Below, one piece after another: positions 24,380 to 37,639 of a stretch of 64,000 bases of DNA. How positions within the stretch are numbered: position 1 is the stretch's first letter; each line of letters starts with the position of its first letter. Source of the stretch: Isurus oxyrinchus (Eukaryota); the NCBI GenBank assembly GCA_026770705.1, contig JANJGN010000042.1, positions 5,146,001 through 5,210,000 on the forward strand, in the 5' to 3' direction. The notes beneath the pieces were generated by a model. It had not been told where the DNA came from. It worked only from the letters and a program-made list of their open reading frames with translations, and did not search any database. The translations under genes were made by a program, and so were the position numbers.

Positions 24380-25670
24380 ATAACAACAAAGACAGAGTTT
24401 GGTGTGGTAATTACTGAGACAGGGCCTAGTGCAATTTAAGCGAAGACATTACAAGCGCAGTGACAATTGAGACAGCATCTAATGTTACTTAAGCAAAGAC
24501 GTGACCAAGTGCATGAATAACAGGGACGGGGACAAGTGTTATATTAACATAGACAGGGTCTACTGCTATAATAGCGGAGACGGGAATACAGGGCCTGGAT
24601 CAATTTCAAGTGAAATAGGGCAGTTATTACAGGCACAGGGCCTAGAGTAATTGCTTCCTAGAGAGAGTCTAAGTCATAATAACAGAGACTACCGCCAGTG
24701 TAAGAGAGACAGATATGATCTCGTGGAGTAAAATCAGGGAAAGGGAGAGTGGAATAGAAGCAGAGACAGAGGTACAAAGACAAAGCTTCTGCAAAGACAG
24801 GATTCATTTAAATTGAAAAGACAGACAAGGTCGTGTGTGATACAGGCTGATACAGAATCTAGTGTAACTTGTTCTGAAATGGTCCAGCAGAATATAAATG
24901 CAGACATGATTGAGTGTGTTATAAGCAGGGCTGCGATTAGTGGAACTTAAGTGAGGCAGTGCAGAGTGTAGTAATAATTGAGACAGCACCTTGTGTAATT
25001 CGAACCTGCCTAGTGTAGCAATAACACAGACCAGATCTAGTAGACGAAAACCGATACACAGTCTAGTGGAGCTTCACAAAATCCAGCGCTCTTTGTAATA
25101 TAATCTGATGCAGTGTCTGGTGAATTAAATACCGGCAAAGGTACGAGATTAATAAAAACAGAGACCTGGACAAGTAAGGCAATAAGCGAGTAATGGTATA
25201 GGACAATAACAATAGAAACAGGGAATTGTGTGATATGAATAGAGGAATGTATTGGTGCAGCATTACCTGAGATAGAGTCCAATTTGATAGACACGTGGCA
25301 GGTTCTACTGGAGTAATAGCTGAGACAGAGTCTTGTTAAATGCAAATAAAAACATGTTCTAGTTTTCTATAACCAGACACAAGCTCTAATGCAGTGTTAA
25401 CTGGGGCATGGCTTACTGTAACTTTAGCCGAGACCTGCTTCAGAGCAGTCATGACTGAGATAGTGCCAATTGTATTGTGGCCCTCGTTCAGTGCATACAC
25501 AACTGTGAATGAGCCAATTACAGAGACAACTGAGAGATGACCTTCTCTAATATGATCAGAGACCTGTCCTAGTGTAATAGAAACAGAGACGGCGTCTAAT
25601 TTAATATGAACAGAGACAGTGCCAAATGCAGTAATAATTGAGACAGCGCCTGTGATGTGAGCATTCACGG
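24380..25670 (+). repeat. Ancient ~30-bp minisatellite
   Basis: Recurring degenerate unit GTGTAGTAATAA(C/T)TGAGACAG(A/G)G(T/C)CTA over ~1.3 kb. Confidence 0.7.
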
Positions 25671-25777
25671 TTACACTGCCATCAATTGGTCAATCTTTGC
25701 TATTACAGGTGTTGCGAAAATGTCGATTACATTTACTGTTTCTGAGATCAATGGTTAAAATCAGAAATAATGGAAAA

Positions 25778-25859
25778 CGTAGTCGGCAGGATTTGAACCT
25801 GCGCGGGGTAACCCCAATGGATTTCAAATCCATCGCCTTAACCACTCAGCCACGACTAC
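25778..25859 (-). tRNA. tRNA-Ser(TGA)
   Basis: GTAGTCGTGGCTGAGTGGTTAAGGCGATGGATT-TGA-AATCCATTGGGGTTACCCCGCGCAGGTTCAAATCCTGCCGACTACG; long variable arm; TTTT terminator immediately 3'. Confidence 0.88.
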
Positions 25860-27049
25860 AGACCTGGACAGTAAAATATATATATATGTCTTATATGAAA
25901 TCATAGAATAATTACAGCAGAGAAAAAGCATCTTCTTCCCACCCTGTCACTGCAACAACCCAGCCTTTTCCCCGTAACCCTGCAATTCATACTGTCCCTC
26001 CTCGTTCTCCCTCCCAAACTGGGAATGAAAGAGAGAGAATGAGAGAGGAAGAGAAGTGATGGGTTTTGTAGATCTCAGGGAAAAGAGACTTCAGGAACAG
26101 TTCATGGTGACAGTTCACACAGCAACAAGAAAACAACATTCCCTGAGGAGGGCCAGGAGTGGGAGCGTGTTTAGTTCAAACACAGAAGACTTGTTCAGCC
26201 AATAACAGCATCGGATCTGTTAGACATATACATGAAGTGAACAGTGAGGTGAAATAGTGCCACAAGCTGCAGATGTGCAACTTTCAATTTCCAAGACCCA
26301 CCATCTTCATCAATGCGCCTCCTCTGAAACTTTCAAGGTCAATGTTGATCCTTTTTATAAGGTGCCGTTCCCAGAACGAGACAGAGTCCTCCAGGTGTGA
26401 CCGAACCAGGGCTTTGTATAGCTGCAGCAAACATTTCCCTCTTTCCTATAACAGCCTCTGTAACAGGTTGTACAGAGAGGGGGATTAGAATGTATCGATT
26501 GAATAAGAAATATAAGGAGATGCTTCATCAGACTAAAATTCCTTTTCAAAGTCCATTTGAAATGAACTTAATTTTTTTGAAAGCTGTGTAAGAATCCCCA
26601 GTCTAACTCTTCATGTCATTGGGCCAGGGAAACTTCGTTAATTTTCATACACTGAGCATGGACACGGCAGCAGGTCCTGCACCTCTTTCAATATTGTTTT
26701 TCTTAACTCAGAGTTTTCGAAAGGGAATTGGCCAATGACTTGAAAGGGAGAAAAACGTTCAGGATGATGGAGAAAGAGAAGGAAATTGAGACTAATTAGA
26801 AAAAAACATTGTAAAAATCTGATAATGATATGATGGTTTAAATGGTCTCCTCGTGCACTCTGCCATTTTATGATGACATCATCAGATTAATTTGATGACA
26901 ACATTTCTAAATTTGCCACCCGAATTCCATTTCTGTAAAACAAAGACCCAAAGTGCGGCTGCAGGACCTCACAGTTTAACATAGTGTGCAGGTGCCTCTG
27001 GCTTTGTCAGGTATTGTTCTGTAGGGGAGTGGTTATCACATGTGCATGG

Positions 27050-27362
27050 AATCACCAAGCCTCCTTAGACAGAACCTTCCAATCCCACGACAATTACCAT
27101 CTAGAAAAACAAGGACAGCAGATCGATGGGAACACGACCACCTGGAATTTCTCCTGCAAGGCACTCACCATCTTGACTCGGAAATATGTCGCTGTTGCTG
27201 GGTCAAAATCCTGGAACTCCCTTCCTAACAGCACTCTGGGTGTACCTACACCTCAAGGACTGCTGCGTTTCAAGAAGGCAGCTCAGCAACACCTTCTCAA
27301 GGGACAATGTGATGGGCAATAAATGCTGGCCCAGCCAGCGAAGCCCACATCCCGAGAATGAA
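27050..27362 (+). mobile_element. LINE 3' fragment truncating a tRNA-Val 5' half (27016-27045)
   Basis: TTCTGTAGGGGAGTGGTTATCACATGTGC (Val-like 5' half) abuts sequence homologous to 23290-23600. Confidence 0.6.
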
Positions 27363-27880
27363 TTACAAACTGTCTGCAGAATTAATCATAAATCTTCTTC
27401 TCATCCGTGTCACTAAAAGTTATTTCAGTTGCAAACATTCACTAAATTTGGAGTCTGAAACGGAACAGTCATTGGCCAATTTGGTGACACCGTTGTTTTC
27501 TGGGTCTTTGTCTCTCCTTAGGCCTCTATCACTCTCGGTGTACATGTCTGTGTGTGTTTCTCTCTGTGTGTCAATGTGGTTGAGTCCCCCGAGGAGTTGA
27601 ACACATTTTTTCCCATCACAAACGTTTTACACATTAGTTGTGCAGCTTCACATTACAATGTAACAGAGAAAAGTATCAAGATGAAAGAGCAATTTGCAAC
27701 GTTCTCCCATCCCAAACCTTCACCTCTGTGTTTGCTCTTGATCTGTTGCACTGATGCAATTCCGAGCTCTGATACCATCTCTTGCTCCATTCATTCTGGT
27801 AGAGGTGATATGCAGGATTTCTGCGTTTTTTATGACTTAAGATCATCGTAGCATTCACCCTAGGTCATCAAATTCATTGC

Positions 27881-27951
27881 TTCCTAACAAGGAACCGAGC
27901 CCACACACTGACTATGAAAGCGCAGAATCATAGTTACTGAGCCACCAGGGA
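27881..27951 (-). pseudogene. tRNA-Glu pseudogene
   Basis: Degenerate TCCCTGGTGGCTCAGT...GATTCTGCGCTTTCA...GGTTCCTTGTTAGGAA. Confidence 0.6.
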
Positions 27952-29438
27952 AGGTGCTCACAAGCCTCATAACCTGGGTAAGCCATGGTACCTGTGCCTT
28001 TTATTTTCATTTCAGACCTCTTTCATTACAGACACGTTTCTTCCTCAAATTGACACGTTTATATAAAACACAAACAACATCCATGACCCTGAAATTAAGC
28101 GTTTTATATTCTATTGACTGAGTTAGCCGGGATGGGGGAAGGAATCCTTCATATCCCAACACATATGGCGACAGACGTGTTTTTTTTTCCACCTGGAGTC
28201 TCAGCTTGTTCTGAATCTTAAAGTGTAGAAGGGAGTCGACCTACAAAAGCCCCAAGGTTGCAATGCATTCCTCTCAATCTCAATAACATCATTCCCATCT
28301 TCCACTTCTTAGTTGCACCTCCTTCTATAAATGTCAATCTTTCATCTTTCATCCTGATACTTTTCTCTAACATTTTAACATGAAGTTGCACAACTAATTT
28401 AAATGAAGTTAGTGATGGTAAAAAAGTGCTCACCCCTCGGGGAACTGACTCACATTGACACACACAGAGGAACAGACACAAACATTTGCACCGAGAGTGA
28501 CAGAGGGAAAGGGTTTGTCTCTAAGGAGAGGCAAATATCCAGAAAGCAAGCATGAAGCCAAGTTTTATTCCAGTTCCAAGTTTCGTGAGTGTTTTCGTGA
28601 ATGAACAGAAATAGAAAAGCCCCCAAGGGTTTGGATAGATTTTATTCAATTTAACCTATAATTAACTCTATAGACACAGTTAAAAATCGGAATAATGAGA
28701 AGTGGGGATTCCTAATGGACTTGGGCTCCATCGCCTAAACCAATCGACCACGACAACTGGCTATGTGCACTGGTTAATGTCAATGGTATAAAATCCTAAA
28801 TATCTACAGCAGAGGAGAATGTCATTCAGCCCATCGTGTCCATGCTGGCTGATGGCAAAAGGAATTCAACTAATTTGATAACCCCGCATTTTCTCTACTG
28901 CAATTCAAATTGATATTGTCTCTCCCCCCTCTTCCTGTTAAAATGATGCATGACAGGCATCTATTTTGACAGTGAGCTGGCACCTTTTGCCTCATTCGCG
29001 TTTGTAGTTGCATGTTAAGTGAATGTAATATCTCTCAGTCACATTACATTTCCTATTCACCATTTCACAGGATAAACCCTCAGCAAAGTGAGAAAATCCT
29101 TCAGCTGGCAGCGGGTGATTGGAGAGTGGGGGGCCGGAATATTGCTACTTTTCTGCTTTTCCCTGTCTCACTCACTGTGGAGCCGACGAAGGGAGAATAA
29201 TTGACGAGTTTGTTTGAATCCAATAATTTCACAGGTGTCTAATGAGTTAGATGTAATTACATAGACGTTTATTGTTTTTTATTGTGTTTCAAATGAACAT
29301 TCAAAACAAAAACATCGGTGTGGGAACACACTGGTTAAGGGTAAAGTTTGCGGGATAATTCCTTGCAGCTCAAGTAGCCAATGAGAGCCCGGAACTGTGT
29401 GACAATGAAAGCTGATAGGGAGAAAAAAGTGAAATCTT

Positions 29439-29511
29439 CGTCCCTGTGTGCTTTCGAACCACCAACTTTCAGTAAATAATCGAACGTGCTAAACGTTTGT
29501 GCCACAGACAC
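29439..29511 (-). pseudogene. tRNA-Asn pseudogene
   Basis: Degenerate homologue of 42931-43005 with the same flanks. Confidence 0.65.
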
Positions 29512-32352
29512 TGACGAAAGGCTGAGCTGCCAGCTTTCTTAACCCAGGGTGTCAGTTTGCTGCTACCGGGATGACAATTATTCTCTTCATTTTTACTCTT
29601 CCAAAATAAAGGGAGGGACATTCATTGTGGATACATGGAAACAGGCTGATCCCACCCACTGCAGACACATCCATGTCACCGGGAATCAGCTCTCCAACAT
29701 CCGGTGCCATCTCCCTTCGAGCCTTTCGGTGGCTTGTCTGTTACCAAGTATTCTGATTGTCCTGAAGCCGATGTTAGGTGTGAATTCCTGATGTGCAGTA
29801 ACGAGAATCATTTCAATCTCTCAGGTCAGATAACTTCACTGATAACATCAGAGTTAATGTTCCAGCGTCTTAAAGAAGGGAAAGGTGCCTTTAATGTCTC
29901 TGGTGAGTCGAACAGATCACCCTTCATTGCTCCTCGGATTCTGGTTCCCAAAGAGTTTCTAAAGATTCACAAAGCTGGAGACTGGGTTTTTTGTTTTGGT
30001 TCCTTCTCCATTTTCCCACCTGCCAGCTGACAATATTTTCCAAATATTGAGAAGACAGCTACGTGGCCCCGAGACCACAATTAGATCAGCCATGATCTTA
30101 CTGAATGGCAGAGCAGGGTCAAAGGGCTGAATGGCCTCCTCCTGATCCTCATTCCTCTCTTTCCCGTGACACAGCCCGGATCAACTCTTGACTTTAGCAA
30201 ACTGCCTTCGGAATTAATGATTAGTTAAATGAAATAAAAACCATCCAACTATTTCCATGTTTCTTATTTCCGTTCATCTGCAAACATTCACTAAATTTTC
30301 AGTCTGAAATGGGACAATAATTGGCCAAGTTGGTGGCATCCTTGTTTTCTGGGTGTTCGTCACTCTTGGTATAAAGGTCTGTGTGTGTCAAAGAGGTTCA
30401 GTTCCCCGAGGGGTTGAACACATTTTCACCATCACAAACTTTAGTCATATTAGCTGTGCAGTTTCATACTAAAATGTTACAGAGAAAAATATCAAGATGA
30501 AAGATTGAAGAGAGGTTTGCAATGTTTGGAAGGAGGTGCAGCTAAGAAGTGGAAGATGTCAATGATGTTATTGATGACTGAGAGGAATGTATTGCAAACT
30601 TGGGGCTTTTGGAGGTCGATCACCTTTGAAATTCAGAATAAGCTGAGGCCTGAGGTCGTAAACAGCAGTGATCTCCATGGATGTTGGGATGTGCAATACT
30701 TTGCTCTTCTTACATGCCTGGCGAGTTCAGTCGACAGCGGCTGAGGCTCTTAATGCCAGGTTATTGGGTTTGCGACCTGTGATCAGTGAAATTCCTTTTT
30801 TAATCTTTGCTGCTTTCGTGGGTGATCCCCAGGTCTCCATTCCTCCGGCAGTGTCACCGCTCAAACCGAATCTTTCTCCATCCTGCTTTGTTAATATCAC
30901 AGCTGCTGGCTTCTGAGTGAAAACTGTTCTCTGCGTCATTGAAAGTCGGAGTATTTAATTCAGAACATTTGGTGCTTTCACCACCGCAGCCTAGGTTTAA
31001 TTCCCGTGCAGAAAAATCCTTTTCCTTTCCATTGTGTGAACTGTCACAATGAACAGGAATTCCTTATTGAATGAAATTAGATCTGGTAGCGTCTGTGGAG
31101 TGAGAAAGATTTAATCTTCCAGCTGGATGAACCTTCATCAGAGCTGGAAAAGTCTGAGATGTGACAGTTGGAAAACAAATCCAGAGGCGGAAGGAGGGGA
31201 GTGAAAGGACAAAAGGGAAGGACTGTGATAAGTTACAAGGCATGAGAGAGAAACTGACTAAAGGGATGATGGTGCAAAATGTGGGTGGGAATGGGACAGA
31301 TTTTTCTTCCTGGTGTTCAAACTGGGACGAATATCACTGATCAACCAATCACAACTGCTTTTTCAAAGCAGCACGCCGGGCCGAATGGCCTCTTTCTGCG
31401 CTGTAACTTTCTATAATTGTTTCATTTCCATCCCCGCTGCTGCTGCCTTCACAGTCATTCCATCATCTTACAACCCTTTCCAGCAAATACACCTTCTTCC
31501 CTTGTGTTCAGCATCTTTAAGGTCATGGCACTGAGTAAATTCAGTGGGAAATTTCCTTCTCATTTAGCACGAGATTTGGAAACAGATCTGGGAAATATTC
31601 GTGTCAGTGCAAACAATAAAATCTCCCCTAACACTTCTACGTTTTCCCATGCACCCCCATCTCTATGGTCACTGCTTTTCAGCCTATCACAGCCCTTCTC
31701 TCATGTCCTACCTTCACCTCTGTATTTGTTCGCGACCTGTTGCACGGGTGACATTTCCGGCTCTGATGCAAAACTCCAGCTCTCACTCCACTGATTCAGG
31801 TGGAGCTGGTAAGTGTTTTCAGTTTTCAATCAGGAAGTAATGCACATTTATTATCATGCACATTCGCATGACATTTATAAGCACCGAATCCTAACGACTG
31901 GACTCCCAGGCTTGCAACTTCACAGCCCGGCTTATCCATGCGACTTGTGCATTTTATTTTCATTTCACATCTTTCACCAGAGGCACTTTTCTCCCACAAA
32001 ATGATGCGTTTATGTAGAACACAGACGACTTCTTCAGCCAATGACAACAGCGATTGCTGTTAGCTGGAGCAGCATTCATTGTCTCACAGTCCCGCGTTGT
32101 CATTGGGTCCTTAAGTCACAAAAAAGGGCAGAAATCGCCAACTCTCCTGTTACCAGGCGAGTTCCAAGAGATATGTTTTTATTGAATATTCTCCACTCAC
32201 TCGCTGCCAGTTGAAGGATATCCTCACTATGCTGAGTGAAAAGACGAAGAGTAAGTGCAATACAGATGTGAGATTCTGCATTCAGCTGATATTCAACAAC
32301 AAGCAGGAGCGAAGCAACTTTCCCTCTCCCATAATTGAACAAGTTTCAATAA

Positions 32353-32425
32353 TGTTTCTGCCCGGTTTTAAACCGGGGACCTTTCGTGTGTAAGGTGAAT
32401 GCGACAACCACTACACTACAGAAAC
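32353..32425 (-). pseudogene. tRNA-Val-derived pseudogene (anticodon TAC)
   Basis: GTTTCTGTAGTGTAGTGGTTGTCGCATTCACCT-TAC-ACACGAAAGGTCCCCGGTTTAAAACCGGGCAGAAACA; broken anticodon stem and T loop. Confidence 0.8.
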
Positions 32426-33090
32426 TTCACACACCATGAGTCAAGTGCACCTGACTACAATGCAGTTCTGCAGCAGCACTTTGGGTCCATGTTTTGAAGA
32501 AATGGAATTCGGCTGTTCTCATCAGGAATGCTGGAGACAGACTGATCAACAATGTCATCATCAAATGGCACAGTGTGTCGGAGAGTCATTAGATCATGGC
32601 AGCTTATTCTTTAAAGAGCCATCAATTAGTCCCAATATTGTTCTCTCTTTCCATAAGCCTCAATTTCTCTATTTCAAGTAACTGTCTAATTCACTTTTGA
32701 AGAAGGAGTTTCTGCAGAATCCATGCAGTTTCCCTGACCCAGTGACTTGGAGATTTGGACTTGGGTTCCTTCCAGTCCCTCGAGGAGTTGATCCTAATTC
32801 CAGCGCTGCCGCAGTTTGAGTCACATTCCCACTTTTGGGCACTTTAGGAATTCCCTTTCGGAGAACAAGAGGGGACTCTAAGTTTAATACAGGGCGGGTT
32901 GTGGTCCTTTATTTTGTTTGGAAAAGCACGGAGAGGCAATACAAATATAAATTGTTGTGGGGGTAAAGGTGGGTGTGTGGAATCGGTAGAGCTGCTCTTC
33001 CAGAGAGCCAGCACAGACACGATGGGCCGATTGACTTATTTTGCAGCCATCTCTGATTTGATAAGAACACATTGGAGCTCGCGAACAGCT

Positions 33091-33172
33091 GTTAGTCGAG
33101 CTGAATGTTTAAGGTGATAGATTTGAAATCCATTGGTGTCTCCCTCTGTAGGATTGAATCCTGCTGACTACA
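33091..33172 (+). pseudogene. tRNA-Ser(TGA) pseudogene
   Basis: ...TTTAAGGTGATAGATTTGAAATCCATTGGTGTCTCC...GGATTGAATCCTGCTGACTAC. Confidence 0.75.
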
Positions 33173-33431
33173 GTTCCCATTATTCCTCATTTTAACCAGG
33201 TGCCGCCAACTTCATCCCTGCAGCTGCTGTGAAACTGACAAGGTGACACACGTCAGAAATTCATCTCTGAAAGTAACTGACACATATCAAATTCTGCTGC
33301 TTTCATGTCGCATCTTTTAACTTCCTGTTCTCCGTCACAGACATTTCCACGTCTATCAAATGTCTGGGACTTAACATCTACCTCAGTCTATTGAATATGG
33401 TCGACTTTCCCGTGCAGTCCTGTTAGCTAGT

Positions 33432-33504
33432 GACTCCATAGCTCAGTGTTTGGATCACTGCCCTTGTAAACCAGGGTTTGTGAGTTTAACCTTCACTAGA
33501 GCCC
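33432..33504 (+). pseudogene. tRNA-Thr(TGT) pseudogene
   Basis: GACTCCATAGCTCAGTG...CCTTGTAAACCAGGG...; homologue of 57169-57242. Confidence 0.72.
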
Positions 33505-33575
33505 ATCATTAACCTTTAGCTGAGAATAAGAAGTTATGTGGAAAGCTGAAAAACCGCAGAACAATATACAAGAAG

Positions 33576-34906
33576 AAAAAGCAAAGTACTGTGGTGAAGC
33601 ATTTTGGCTTTTAAGTTAAAGTACTGTGGATGCTGGAAATCTGAAGTACAAAATCAGCATCTGACAGCAACTGTGGAGAGAGAAACAGAGTCAACGAGTC
33701 GAGTCCGTGTGATCTTCTTCAGAGCTAAAGAGAAGCAGAATTGTTCACTGTTTTTATACTGTTTACGAGCGGGTGGGGTGGAGCAGGTGGGGAAGTCAGG
33801 AGGAATTGACAAAGATATTATGGGCAAAACACAAAGGGAGTGCTAATGGTAGCGGTAAGGGCTAAAAATGGTGCTGATAGTTGCAAAAAGGTATGGAAGC
33901 AGAATGTATGAAAAGCAGAACAAGGATCAGCACTCTGTGAAAGAACAACATAGAGCAATGAAAGATGGCCCTTTAATGGCCTCTCTCCTCACCTTTCAAG
34001 GGCCCAAACACTCCTTTCAGGTGAAGCAGCGATTCATTTGAACCACCAATTTGATCCATTGCATTCACTGCTCCCAATGCGGTCTCCCCTACATTGGAGA
34101 GACCAAACGCAGACTGGGTGACCACTTTGTGTAACATCTTCAGTCTGTCAGCAAGCATGACCCAGACCTCCCTGTCATTTGCCATTTCAACACTCCACCC
34201 CGCTCTCATGCCCATATGTCTATCATTGGCTTGCTGCATTATTCCAGTGAAGCTCAACACAAAATGGAGGAACAACATCTCATCTTCTGATTAGGCACTT
34301 TACAGCCTTCTGCACTTAACATTGAGTTCAATAGCTTCAGATCATGAACTCTCTCCTCCATTTTCACCCTTTTCAAAACCTCTTTATAAAAAAGTATTTT
34401 AGTAACATATTTTTCATTCATTTATTCATTATTTCACCCCTTTTATTATCCCCTTTTCTATCGTTTTTCCCAAACTATCTCCCCCACCCATATTCCACCC
34501 CCAAACGGGCCATCTGTTACTAGTTCCATGTTGTTTTTTCACAGAGCGCTGACCCTTGTTCTGCTATTCACACATCCTGCTTTCTTACCTTTATACCACT
34601 ATCAGCACCTTCTTCAGCCCTTACCACTACCATTAACATTTCCTTTGTCTTGTGTCCAGCGCATCTTTGTCAGTCCTTCCTTCACGGCCACGTATCGCTG
34701 ACCTTCTATCCAGAATCACGTGCTCTACCCGTCTCGCCCCGCCCCCTCCCCACCTCACTTACACAGTATAAATTCCACCACTTTCTACTTCCCTTCATCT
34801 CTGAAGAAGAGTCATACGGACTCGAAACGTGAACAGTGTTTCCCTCACCACCAAGTCTGTGAGAAAGCTCAAAACTGTTGAGTTGTCCAGGAATTTCTGT
34901 TTTTAT
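33576..34906. mobile_element. Older Penelope-like insertion, head-to-head arms, decayed GIY-YIG domain (+, ~33975-34347)
   Basis: Exact 13-bp TSD AATATACAAGAAG at 33563-33575 and 34907-34919; CSQCGLPYIGETKRRLGD motif; hammerhead-like CTGAAGA-A-GAGTC-atacg-GACTC-GAAA at 34801-34827. Confidence 0.85.
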
Positions 34907-35788
34907 AATATACAAGAAGTGATTGGACAACAAGATGTAAGACAGAGAAAAATGTAACAAAGACTGAAGTAAGTCAGTCAGTCGTAGTAATTTTTCAAAT
35001 GAAACAAAGCAGAACACGTTTGAAAAGGTGAGAAAGCTGTGCTGATGTTCAAAGAGACTCAGCTGCACTTGTGCAAAGAATGCCAAAAGTTACATCAGTC
35101 CCTACAGCACTACTGATCAGCGTGTTCGACTAACTGAAAGTTTGGAGGTTCTCAGGGACGAAGCTTCCAATGTTTTTTCCTTCCATCAACATTCATTGTC
35201 ACAAAGATTTGGGTTGTCAACGGCAGCAAGAAATTTTTCCACAAATAATTCCAGTTCTACTGCTCTGCAGTGAGTTTTGAACCAGAGAATCTTCCCGATG
35301 TATAGCATATGTGATAACCAGAGATAAAAACAAAAAAAACTGCGGATGCTGGAAATCCAAAACAAAAACAGAATTACCTGGAAAAACTCAGCAGGTCTGG
35401 CAGCATCGGCGGAGAAGAAAAGAGTTGACGTTTCGAGTCCTCATGACCCTTCGACAGAACTTGATTTCGAGTCCAAGAAAGAGTTGAAATATAAGCTGGT
35501 TTAAGGTGTGTGTGTGGGGGGGCGGAGAGAGAGAGAGAGACAGAGGTGCTTGTGTAGACAAACAAGCAGTGATAGAAGCAGATCATCAAAAGATGTCAGT
35601 GACAATGGTACAAAAGAACACATAGGTGTTAAAATTAAAGTTGGTGATATTATCTAAACGAATGTGCTAATTAAGAATGGATGGTAGGGCACTCAAGGTA
35701 CAGCTCTAGTGGGAGTGGGGGGAGCATAAAAGATTTTAAAATATTTAAAAATAATGGAAATAGGTGGGAAAAGAAAAATCTATAAAAG

Positions 35789-36561
35789 TTATAGGGAAAA
35801 AAAAGGGGAAAAAAGGGGGGGAAACAGAAAGGGGGTGGGGATGGGGGAGGGAGCTCGCGACCTAAAGTTATTGAATTCAATATTCAGACCGGAAGGCTGT
35901 AAGGTGCCTAGTCGGAAGATGAGGTGTTGTTCCTCCAGTTTGCGTTGGGCTTCATTGGAACAATGCAGTAAGCCAAGGACAGACATGTGGGCAAGACAGT
36001 AGGGTGGAGTGTTAAAAAGGCAAGCGACAGGGAGGTTTGGGTCATTCTTGCGGACAGACCACAGGTGTTCTGCAAAGCGGTCGCCCAGTTTACGTTTGGT
36101 CTCTCCAGTGTAGAGGAGACCACATTGGGAGCAACGAATGCAGTAGACTAAGTTGGGGGAAATGCAAGTGAAATGCTGCTTCACTTGAAAGGAGTGTTTG
36201 GGCCCTTGGACGGTGAGGAGAGAGGAAGTGAAGGGGCAGGTGTTACATCTTTTGCGTGGGCATGGGGTGGTGCCATAGGAGGGGGTTGGGGAGTAGGGCG
36301 TGATGGAGGAGTGGACCAGGGTGTCCCGGAGGGAGCGATCCCTACGGAATGCCGATAAGGGGGGTGAAGGAAAGATGTGTTTGGTGGTGGCATCATGCTG
36401 GAGTTGGCGGAAATGGCGGAGGATGATCCTTTGAATGCGGAGGCTGGTGGGGTGATAAGTGAGGACAAGGGGGACCCTATCATGTTTCTGGGAGGGAGGA
36501 GAAGGCGTGAGGGCGGATGCGCGGGAGATGGGCCGGACACGGTTGAGGGCCCTGTCAACGA
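35789..36561 (-). pseudogene. Mirror copy of the truncated Penelope-like ORF (YIG->YTG, stop read-through)
   Basis: Reverse complement of 36562-37206 with about a dozen substitutions; TGA->CGA extends the frame. Confidence 0.85.
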
Positions 36562-37206
36562 CCTCCCTCCCAGAAACATGATAGGGTCCCCCTTGTCCTC
36601 ACTTATCACCCCACCAGCCTCCGCATTCAAAGGATCATCCTCCACCATTTCTGCCAACTCCAGCATGATGCCACCACCAAACACATCTTTCCTTCACCCC
36701 CCTTATCGGCAATCCGTAGGGATCGCTCCCTCCGGGACACCCTGGTCCACTCCTCCATCACCCCCTACTCCTCAACCCCCTCCTATAGCACCACCCCATG
36801 CCCACGCAAAAGATGTAACACCTGCCCCTTCACTTCCTCTCTCCTCACCGTCCAAGGGCCCAAACACTCCTTTCAAGTGAAGCAGCATTTCACTTGCATT
36901 TCCCCCAACTTAGTCTACTGCATTCGTTGCTCCCAATGTGGTCTCCTCTACATTGGAGAGACCAAACGTAAACTGGGCGACCGCTTTGCAGAACACCTGT
37001 GGTCTGTCCGCAAGAATGACCCAAACCTCCCTGTCGCTTGCCATTTTAACACTCCACCCTGCTCTCTTGCCCACATGTCTGTCCTTGGCTTACTGCATTG
37101 TTCCAGTGAAGCCCAACGCAAACTGGAGGAACAACACCTCATCTTCCGACTAGGCACCTTACAGCCTTCCGGTCTGAATATTGAATTCAATAACTTTAGG
37201 TCGTGA
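36562..37206 (+). CDS. 5'-truncated Penelope-like ORF: linker + Cys knuckle + GIY-YIG endonuclease
   Basis: Open frame RVPLVLTYHP...CPRKRCNTC...NLVYCIRCSQCGLLYIGETKRKLGDRFAEH...LGTLQPSGLN*; lacks the RT core and a true start. Confidence 0.88.
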   Translation, partial: PPSQKHDRVPLVLTYHPTSLRIQRIILHHFCQLQHDATTKHIFPSPPLSAIRRDRSLRDTLVHSSITPYSSTPSYSTTPCPRKRCNTCPFTSSLLTVQGPKHSFQVKQHFTCISPNLVYCIRCSQCGLLYIGETKRKLGDRFAEHLWSVRKNDPNLPVACHFNTPPCSLAHMSVLGLLHCSSEAQRKLEEQHLIFRLGTLQPSGLNIEFNNFRS

Positions 37207-37600
37207 GCTCTCTCCCCCATCCCCACCCCCTTTCTGTTTCCCCCCCTTTTTTCCCCTTTTTTTTTCCCTATAACTTTTATAGATTTTTCTTTTCCCACCT
37301 ATTTCCATTATTTTTAAATATTTTAAAATCTTTTATGCTCCCCCCACTCCCACTAGAGCTGTACCTTGAGTGCCCTACCATCCATTCTTAATTAGCACAT
37401 TCGTTTAGATAATATCACCAACTTTAATTTTAACACCTATGTGTTCTTTTGTACCATTGTCACTGACATCTTTTGATGATCTGCTTCTATCACTGCTTGT
37501 TTGTCTACACAAGCACCTCTGTCTCTCTCTCTCTCTCCGCCCCCCCACACACACACCTTAAACCAGCTTATATTTCAACTCTTTCTTGGACTCGAAATCA

Positions 37601-37639
37601 AGTTCTGTCGAAGGGTCATGAGGACTCGAAACGTCAACT
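37601..37639 (+). ncRNA. Minimal type-I hammerhead-ribozyme-like motif (variant core); further copies at 35422-35460(-), 38112-38150(+), 44850-44888(-), 44890-44937(+)
   Basis: AGTT-CTGTCGA-A-GGGTC-atgag-GACTC-GAAA-CG-TC-AACT: stem I, CUGANGA-like box (A6->U), stem II, GAAA, palindromic ACGT instead of stem III, GUC triplet. Confidence 0.6.

Noticed and set aside
36181-36880. Two mirror 167-aa ORFs across the palindrome centre
   Set aside because: Off-frame/antisense readings created by the inverted repeat; the real frame is the GIY-YIG one
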